From an uncultured Candidatus Bathyarchaeia archaeon (GTDB lineage Archaea > Thermoproteota > Bathyarchaeia > Bathyarchaeales > WUQV01), in assembly GCA_964403145.1 (NCBI GenBank), contig CAYOFB010000001.1, positions 1 to 40,473 on the forward strand: DNA of 40,473 nucleotides, read 5' to 3'. A model generated the notes under the pieces. The model was given only the letters and a program-made list of their open reading frames with translations. It ran no database searches and was not told the DNA's origin. Each line of letters begins with the position of its first letter. The first letter of the stretch is position 1. Below, in pieces: positions 35,014 to 40,473 of this stretch. The translations under genes and the position numbers were made by a program.

Positions 35014-35684
35014 GTCTCATCACCTATGAGCTTTTTCTGCAGGTCCTTCCCCACGTACGGGGCCAGTATCATCTCGGCCACGTAGTTGAGGATCACGGCG
35101 TGCTCGGCATCGCTGAATCTTCTCTGATGAATCGTGATCACGCCGCGCTTGTCAAAGCTGACCGTCGCCTCTTCTATGCCCTCAAGGTTCACCTTGATCT
35201 TTGCCAAGGGTTCGCTGCCGTAATCCTCCCACAGCTCGGTATCTGTCACTTCCCTCCCGATGCACCTGAGGCGATCCACCCTCTCCAGCCCTCTTCTCAC
35301 GGGTGTCAGATCGAACTGCCTGACATCCCTAGCTTTCTCAAGTATTTTCCTCAGGGTATTCTCCTCGAGCCTCAGGGGAGTCAGGACACAGTCCTTGATG
35401 ATCTTGCTCAGGAAATCGAGAACCTTTTCCTGAATGTCGGATGTCCCGTACCCGAATGCAACGAAGTTTTGCCTGAGAAAGTGTATCGGAATCTTCTGAA
35501 GCGCTTTATCCCTTTTCACTCCCTGCAGGGTTTCATACTCCAACTCGTACTCGAACCCGAACTTGCACGTGACAATGTCGCCCTGAGTTTCAACGCTCCC
35601 GGGCAGGATTCCCTCTTTGAACTCCTTCTCGCTGTTCTCTATAGAAAGCTCGTTGAGTTTCCGGACTAGCTCATCCGTTGACAT
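35007..35684 (-). CDS. hypothetical protein co-translated with the Argonaute
   Basis: 225 aa from ATG 35684 (MSTDELVRKLNEL..., GGGGAT upstream). The track ORF starts at GTG 35735 (242 aa). Its stop and the Ago start overlap (ACATGGTGA). No recognisable motif. The antisense ORF 34965-35669 has antisense-like L/P/H/Q-rich composition. Confidence 0.6.
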   Translation of the reverse strand: MSTDELVRKLNELSIENSEKEFKEGILPGSVETQGDIVTCKFGFEYELEYETLQGVKRDKALQKIPIHFLRQNFVAFGYGTSDIQEKVLDFLSKIIKDCVLTPLRLEENTLRKILEKARDVRQFDLTPVRRGLERVDRLRCIGREVTDTELWEDYGSEPLAKIKVNLEGIEEATVSFDKRGVITIHQRRFSDAEHAVILNYVAEMILAPYVGKDLQKKLIGDETW

Positions 35685-35715
35685 TCCGATCCCCAGATGC
35701 CTGATGAACAGGAAA

Positions 35716-36834
35716 CTAGGCACGGTAAAACTCACCCTCCCGGTACAACTTTAGTTGCACGAATGGGAGCAGGTCTCTCCTTATCCTGTAAAAAGCGAAT
35801 CTTCCCAGCTTGGTGCGTGTCACCACCCGGCCGGAGAGCAGCTGCTCGAGATGATAGGAAATCGTCGCTTTGTCCCTGTTCAGTATTTCAACGAGCCTGA
35901 TCGGACGTATGCCGCGCGGATCCTTGCTGAGGATGATGTGCTTGAGGACCAAGAGTTGCATGTCGCTGAGCCTGTTTAGCAGCTCATCCAAACTCAACAG
36001 GCCCATGGCACCAGCCGCTTTCCTGACGGCTTCAAGGTCGATCCCTGAACCGCCGCTCCTGAAAGATTCCCTGAAACCCCGGAAAAAGAGCGTTATCGCT
36101 ACCCTCGGGATTCCCATGGAGTACCTGTGGATTTCGTCACAGATGTCCTTGGGAATGTTCAGCTTTCCGTCCGAGATGAAACTCGCAATTTTCGAGATGA
36201 GCTGGAACGTTTCCTCGGGGCTGAAGGGATTGAGGAAAACTTCCTCAGTCGTTTCAACGATCTCTTCAATGTCGTCCCTCTCGTATTCCCAAGTGACCGG
36301 GCACCAGCTGGTTATGATCAGAACGCCTCTTCCCTTTGCGCGTATCAGCTCCCTCAGCGAGTATCTTATGCTAGCATCGCTTTCACAGTTGTCCACAATC
36401 AGGATGTCCGGCCTTCCCTCACGAACCTCCTCAAGAAGCTCCTCGAACCTCTGACTCTCGGCCTCCACCTCCGAAAATTCGGCGGCATCCATGAAAAGCG
36501 CGCGCATGCCGACGTTGCTCGAAAAGCCGAAGATCACCCTCAGGATGTGCGTCCTCCCGGAGCCCGACACGCCTAGGATCGGAATGTGCAAGACCTCGGA
36601 TTTTTTCCTAGAATAATAGCCCATGTACTCAGCGATGGTTTCCAGTTCCCGCGTTCTGTCGACCGTGGCCTCCAGGTTAGTTCTCAGAAATTCCTCCACC
36701 TCGTCCAAGCTGAATTTACTACTGTCGATGCCCAGCCCCTCGAGCCATGAATAGAACTTCTTCATGGCCCCTTTCAGTCCCCTTTCGAAAGCCTCGGCCA
36801 GCCTCTCATACATTGAACTCACCGAACCATTCAA
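35716..36834 (-). CDS. AAA+ (Orc1/Cdc6- or Arch_ATPase-like) protein with a degenerate P-loop and a C-terminal winged helix
   Basis: 372 aa. P-loop ILGVSGSGRTHIL (Arg where the Walker A Lys is expected), Walker-B-like DILIVDNCE (DN rather than DE), and a C-terminal ArsR-like wHTH (ATISYHLEQLLSGRVVTRTKLGRFAFYRI). Confidence 0.65.
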   Translation of the reverse strand: MNGSVSSMYERLAEAFERGLKGAMKKFYSWLEGLGIDSSKFSLDEVEEFLRTNLEATVDRTRELETIAEYMGYYSRKKSEVLHIPILGVSGSGRTHILRVIFGFSSNVGMRALFMDAAEFSEVEAESQRFEELLEEVREGRPDILIVDNCESDASIRYSLRELIRAKGRGVLIITSWCPVTWEYERDDIEEIVETTEEVFLNPFSPEETFQLISKIASFISDGKLNIPKDICDEIHRYSMGIPRVAITLFFRGFRESFRSGGSGIDLEAVRKAAGAMGLLSLDELLNRLSDMQLLVLKHIILSKDPRGIRPIRLVEILNRDKATISYHLEQLLSGRVVTRTKLGRFAFYRIRRDLLPFVQLKLYREGEFYRA

Positions 36835-36960
36835 ACCTCAAACGATTCAAACTAATAAAACCATTACCGCCTTATAAACTTTTCGCCTGCAGGTTCTGTT
36901 GATATAAATTAGCTGGTAGCTGGCACTCAAATTTTTAATTCTATTACTTTACAGCACCTG

Positions 36961-38013
36961 TCATTGGTTAAAATCTGAGCACAAAAATCTCCTCCTTCTT
37001 CCTTCTTCGTTAATGACACTTATTAAATTAATTTCTATGAGTTTAGTCAGGTACTTTCTTATGGTTCTTGGTGCTATTGGTTTAATTCCAAGCTTTCTAG
37101 CCTTTTCCTCATATTTCCTATAGATTTCCGAGCTTTCAATTCTTGGATTTTGCTTAATTATTTCATAGAGGATGTTTTGGTCTCTATTCAGTTTTGATAG
37201 CAAATAGGACTGCCTTTGCTTCCTGAAAGATTCCCAAGCATTATCAACGTCTGTTTCACTAATCTTTTTTCTTCCCGCCAGCTCGGCGTTTTCCGCCGCT
37301 TTTCTGAGCATTTGAATCGCTACTCTCGCGTCTCCTTGGGCCAGCTCTGCGATCTTCTCTATGAGCTCTGGATTAATGGCCCCTTTAACTAATCCAATTT
37401 CTGCTCTTGGCTTAAGAATTTCAACTATATCCTTCACTTTATAAGGAGGGAAATATAGCGGTTCAAAAATAAATCTCGATCTAACTCTCTTATCAAGAGA
37501 GGAAAGCCACAAGTTGGTGTTTGAAATTGCAAAAATCCCTGTTTTGCCTATATCCGAAAACGAGTAAAGTAGTGTGCTCTTATCGTCTACCATGTCCAGT
37601 TCATCGAGTACCAAAATAAAGGAGTTCTGGCCAACCTTTTTCCTGATAACATTGATCATGGCCTTCGTATTTATTCTTGGAGACGGAAAGCCTCCAATCT
37701 GCATAACGATGTTACAGAGGACATTGTAAGTCGATCTTTGCTCCCAGCAATTGACGTAAGCTATCGGCTTGTCACAGTTTTTTCTGAATTCCTCCATCAC
37801 ATACTTGACCAGACAGGTCTTTCCTGTTCCAGGAGGCCCATAAATAAGGAGATTTTCAGGCCATCTGTTCCTAAAAGCAGGAAGCATGGCTTTCTTGATT
37901 CTTTCAAGCTGCTCCTCTCTACTCGGAAGCCTAGGCGGAATGTAGTTCTCTTCGAAAACATAAGGGTTCTTGATCAGAGTTGTATAGCTAACCTTAAAAG
38001 CCATAATTGGCAT
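36961..38013 (-). CDS. orc1/cdc6: Orc1/Cdc6 replication-initiator-family AAA+ protein
   Basis: 350 aa. FENYIPPRLPSREEQL (initiator N-terminal motif), Walker A LLIYGPPGTGKT, Walker B FILVLDELD, sensor-1 IFAISNT, and a C-terminal winged helix. Confidence 0.85.
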   Translation of the reverse strand: MPIMAFKVSYTTLIKNPYVFEENYIPPRLPSREEQLERIKKAMLPAFRNRWPENLLIYGPPGTGKTCLVKYVMEEFRKNCDKPIAYVNCWEQRSTYNVLCNIVMQIGGFPSPRINTKAMINVIRKKVGQNSFILVLDELDMVDDKSTLLYSFSDIGKTGIFAISNTNLWLSSLDKRVRSRFIFEPLYFPPYKVKDIVEILKPRAEIGLVKGAINPELIEKIAELAQGDARVAIQMLRKAAENAELAGRKKISETDVDNAWESFRKQRQSYLLSKLNRDQNILYEIIKQNPRIESSEIYRKYEEKARKLGIKPIAPRTIRKYLTKLIEINLISVINEEGRRRRFLCSDFNQ

Positions 38014-38056
38014 GAAGCTATGCCAATTTTTAAGGATTTTGAAAGTAACTTGCCGA

Positions 38057-39346
38057 TTATTCCGAAAAGGCTTTCTGCAAGTTTATTTGGCTTGGAACAA
38101 GAACACCATCTCGCAAAAGGCAAAATATAATCATATATGTCCTTAGCTCATCAAGTCCTATTTTCGAAGAGATTTCTGTTACATTCAGATGGTGACAGTT
38201 CGATTTTATTACCTTTAACGCCTTTTTAACTTTATTTTTTGGTATCTTCTTAATCTCGTTTTCAAATGGGGTTAAGGGGAAATACCACCCTACCCTCCCG
38301 TTTATATACTCCAAGGATAAATGATCCGTTGTCAGCTTATCCAAGAGTTTTATCAGCTTAATTCTGAAGGAAACTGGAACGTGCCTTTTACCTTGAATTA
38401 AGAGTTTGAGCTTGTTTCGTGGAAAGATCTCATCAAATTGGCATTCGCTTTCTAAGACTTGTTTATTATCCTTGGGATTTAGAAAGCAAACTGTGGGGAT
38501 TTTTGATAGTCGAGGAATAATGAAATTTAATAATGTCATTTTTCTGAGCGCCGAGATTAAAGCATCCGAGTTTCTAGTGATGAAGTATGAAACACAATCT
38601 GCCTCATATTCCCTGAACATTGCTGATGAAATCTTAATGAAGATTGGTAGGGAGAAAACTAACCAGAATATAGCAAAGACCACCAAGGATGTCGTTACAT
38701 CATAAAAGAAAATGGGTAATATGGTTTCTTCGATAAACAGCAGGGAAAAGGCAAAGCAGTTGTAGATCACAAGGGGGAGGATTAAGTAAATCTTGTCAAA
38801 CAGAACATTCCAATAGGTGACGAAGGTGAGATCTGATCTAATATGCCATATCTCGTGGGCAAGTACTGCTTTCAGCTCTTCATCGTTCAAATTAGCGCTG
38901 ATCAGTTCGGGTATGAGAATGAACTTCTTCTTTCTTGAAGAGGCCGATATTATGTTGGGAATATCTTCTTTTGTCATGAGAATTTTAGGCTCATCAACCC
39001 CGAGTACTGTGCAAATTTCTCGGGCTAGTCTGACGCATCTGCTATTAGGATCGGCTTCGTAAAGATTTTTGCTTATGCTTTCTAGGAGAGTGTAGGCTGG
39101 GGAAGCATATAGTTTCCTTCCCCGGTAAAGCGAATAGATTGTTACTGTCGATATCAAAGCGTAACCAAATAAGGACCAGAAAACGACTACGGGATTGCTA
39201 ATCAAGGATTGATAGATTTGATAGAGATTATGTGAAGGTTTCGGCGGGACAAGTATGAACAACGAGAGATTGAGCAGACGATAGGCGGAGATACACGCGA
39301 CCAATGCATTTAGGAGGAATAGTACTTTTATCCTATCGATAAACAT
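38057..39346 (-). CDS. M48/M56-like membrane zinc metalloprotease with a C-terminal soluble (wHTH-like) domain
   Basis: 429 aa. Several TM segments, HExxH (VLAHEIWHIRS), and a downstream FREYEADCVSY matching the E-x-x-A-D third-ligand motif of M48/BlaR1-type peptidases. Confidence 0.7.
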   Translation of the reverse strand: MFIDRIKVLFLLNALVACISAYRLLNLSLFILVPPKPSHNLYQIYQSLISNPVVVFWSLFGYALISTVTIYSLYRGRKLYASPAYTLLESISKNLYEADPNSRCVRLAREICTVLGVDEPKILMTKEDIPNIISASSRKKKFILIPELISANLNDEELKAVLAHEIWHIRSDLTFVTYWNVLFDKIYLILPLVIYNCFAFSLLFIEETILPIFFYDVTTSLVVFAIFWLVFSLPIFIKISSAMFREYEADCVSYFITRNSDALISALRKMTLLNFIIPRLSKIPTVCFLNPKDNKQVLESECQFDEIFPRNKLKLLIQGKRHVPVSFRIKLIKLLDKLTTDHLSLEYINGRVGWYFPLTPFENEIKKIPKNKVKKALKVIKSNCHHLNVTEISSKIGLDELRTYMIIFCLLRDGVLVPSQINLQKAFSE

Positions 39347-39358
39347 CTTACTTAGGAG

Positions 39359-39652
39359 CTATTGCTCAAATATCACGTCGATGTTTTCCAGGTCTTTCTC
39401 AGAAACCTCGATGAAACGGAGAGCGTCTCTTAGATTTTTTGGGTTTACAACTTTATCCAATGGAATCAAAAGTAATCCCTTGTCCGTCTCCAAGAAAATG
39501 TAATAGAAATGCTCTTTTTCCCTTGTCTTGTCTAGGTTATGTTTTCTGACTATTTGTTTTGGTATGGTTAGCCTCCACACTCCGCCTTGAGGAAACGGCT
39601 TTGCCACGCCAGCAATTCCTTTAATTGTTATCTGAATTTGGCCAAGTTCCAA
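39359..39652 (-). CDS. AbrB/SpoVT-fold small DNA-binding protein
   Basis: 97 aa. GGVWRLTIPKQIVRKHNL fits the AbrB-type DNA-binding hairpin. Sits 12 nt upstream of the metalloprotease gene on the same strand. Confidence 0.5.
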   Translation of the reverse strand: MELGQIQITIKGIAGVAKPFPQGGVWRLTIPKQIVRKHNLDKTREKEHFYYIFLETDKGLLLIPLDKVVNPKNLRDALRFIEVSEKDLENIDVIFEQ

Positions 39653-39716
39653 TTGGATCCCTCCTCAGAAAAGTAAGCTGAGTTTTATTTGGTATATCAA
39701 TTTTCCGACGTTAATC

Positions 39717-39735
39717 ATGTTAACTTAGTTAACAT
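39717..39735. promoter_or_regulatory. perfect 8-3-8 palindrome in a divergent promoter region (candidate operator)
   Basis: ATGTTAAC-TTA-GTTAACAT read directly from the sequence. It lies between the AbrB-like gene (start 39652, minus) and the plus-strand small-ORF operon (ATG 39788). Confidence 0.4.
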
Positions 39736-39787
39736 TTCTCCGCAGAATCTATGCTCTCTAATTAAGAGCAATGTTTCGGTAAGAAAG

Positions 39788-40102
39788 ATGTCCGAGGTTG
39801 AGAGCGTCACTCTTACGATAAGCGAGGCTGAGGTCAGGTCAGTAAGCGAGGTGGCCCAGAGAATCGTCGATGAAATTGAGAGATTTGCGAGAAAGCATGG
39901 CGTTGAGGACCAGTTCGATAAGAGGCAGCTTCTCGAGGATCTCTATGTGTTTCTGGTCGAACGCCATGTCGTTGGTCTGGAAGAGCTGAGGGTAAGCATC
40001 CTCGAGGACGGCTCCATCACGGCGGACAACGTGATCAAGGGTAGAAGAATTCGGGACCTGATTTTCAAAATCGTCTACAAGGAGGGGGTGTACAGCAGGT
40101 GA
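39788..40102 (+). CDS. hypothetical protein (first of three coupled small ORFs)
   Basis: 104 aa from ATG 39788 (MSEVESVTLTISEAE...). The upstream 33 codons of track ORF 39689-40102 cover the AT-rich promoter and palindrome. GC content rises at 39788. The stop overlaps the next start. Confidence 0.5.
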   Translation: MSEVESVTLTISEAEVRSVSEVAQRIVDEIERFARKHGVEDQFDKRQLLEDLYVFLVERHVVGLEELRVSILEDGSITADNVIKGRRIRDLIFKIVYKEGVYSR

Positions 40103-40299
40103 AAAAGCTTGTCATCCTCGCTACGAAGTATGCGAGAACCCCTGAGGCTGACAGGGTTTTCGAGAAGAGAGGATGGATCAAGGTTTACGACAGGTCTGAG
40201 GCTTCTGGAAAAAGGCGAGTCGTTAGGAAGGACGAGGAATTAACCGATCTCATAGACCTGATGATCGAGGAAATCGTCTACGGTGATGGGGATGAGTGA
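40099..40299 (+). CDS. hypothetical small protein
   Basis: 66 aa. The GTG start overlaps the previous stop by 4 nt. Acidic C-terminus. Confidence 0.45.
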   Translation: MKKLVILATKYARTPEADRVFEKRGWIKVYDRSEASGKRRVVRKDEELTDLIDLMIEEIVYGDGDE

Positions 40300-40473
40300 G
40301 GAGGCGAATGCGCTCAACCTTGAAATCAGACTGGTGGACGGGCAGAGCAATGCGATCTACGGATCCATCTGCAGGTCTATCTACATCTCCTCGGAATCCA
40401 GGACAACCAAGGGCAACAGAGAGAGCTCGGTTTCGAAACTAACGGATTCAATAATCCAAGAGCTGAAGGAAAC
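40292..40473 (+). CDS. hypothetical protein, N-terminal part (runs off the right edge)
   Basis: ATG 40292 overlaps the previous TGA (40297-40299). The frame stays open to the window end (MSEEANALNLEIRLVDGQSNAIYGSICRSIYISSESRTTKGNRESSVSKLTDSIIQELKE). Confidence 0.4.
   Translation, partial: MSEEANALNLEIRLVDGQSNAIYGSICRSIYISSESRTTKGNRESSVSKLTDSIIQELKE

Noticed and set aside
34965-35669. A 234-aa plus-strand ORF opposite the gene upstream of Argonaute
   Set aside because: L/P/H/Q-rich antisense-type sequence with no motif. The minus-strand frame is protein-like and is translationally coupled to the Ago start.
36835-38056. A chromosomal replication origin (oriC) next to Orc1/Cdc6
   Set aside because: The flanking spacers are only 126 nt and 43 nt, and I could not find ORB/mini-ORB-type repeats. 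The only repeat is a trivial TAGCTGG tandem at about 36920-36935.
1-40473. CRISPR arrays, rRNA genes, IS transposases and long tandem repeats
   Set aside because: Reading all the intergenic spacers, I found no regularly spaced direct repeats, no rRNA-like conserved stretches and no transposase-like ORFs. A computational repeat scan would be needed to exclude short or degenerate arrays.

Overview
All calls come from reading the sequence and the ORF track, using motifs recalled from memory. No database search was run.

The window looks archaeal. Evidence: a tRNA with encoded CCA, aPelota, Orc1/Cdc6, HerA/NurA/Mre11/Rad50, AT-rich TATA-like boxes, and many GTG/TTG starts with 4-8 nt gene overlaps.

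1) 1-7720, housekeeping: rpiA (partial), tRNA-Thr(CGU), thiL, a MetE-like gene remnant, an AmmeMemoRadiSam-type radical SAM enzyme, a TtuA/Ncs6-like PP-loop ATPase, cutA with an in-frame TAG, a Pol-beta-type nucleotidyltransferase, a GNAT and pelota.

2) About 7.7-26.6 kb, an AT-rich accessory/defence island:
- an AbrB-like regulator with two beta-class DNA methyltransferases, one of them fused to a degenerate MTase domain
- a Zn-ribbon DUF1156/COG1743-type methylase
- a PD-(D/E)XK nuclease translationally coupled to a tRNA-guanine-transglycosylase (DpdA-like) protein
- an 815-aa HerA/FtsK-like ATPase with a wHTH
- a DUF262/DUF1524 (GmrSD-type) enzyme
- a tyrosine integrase
- a Hanks-type kinase with a helical-repeat tail
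- several unknown proteins

3) 26.7-36.8 kb, a visibly GC-richer block. It is a seven-gene, tightly coupled minus-strand operon: degenerate AAA+/wHTH, unknown protein, long Argonaute, NurA, HerA, Mre11, short Rad50. I rate this the most interesting candidate system.

4) 36.9-39.7 kb, AT-rich: Orc1/Cdc6, an M48-like membrane metalloprotease and an AbrB-like regulator.

5) From 39.8 kb to the end: three coupled small GC-richer ORFs of unknown function.

I saw no CRISPR array, rRNA or transposase.
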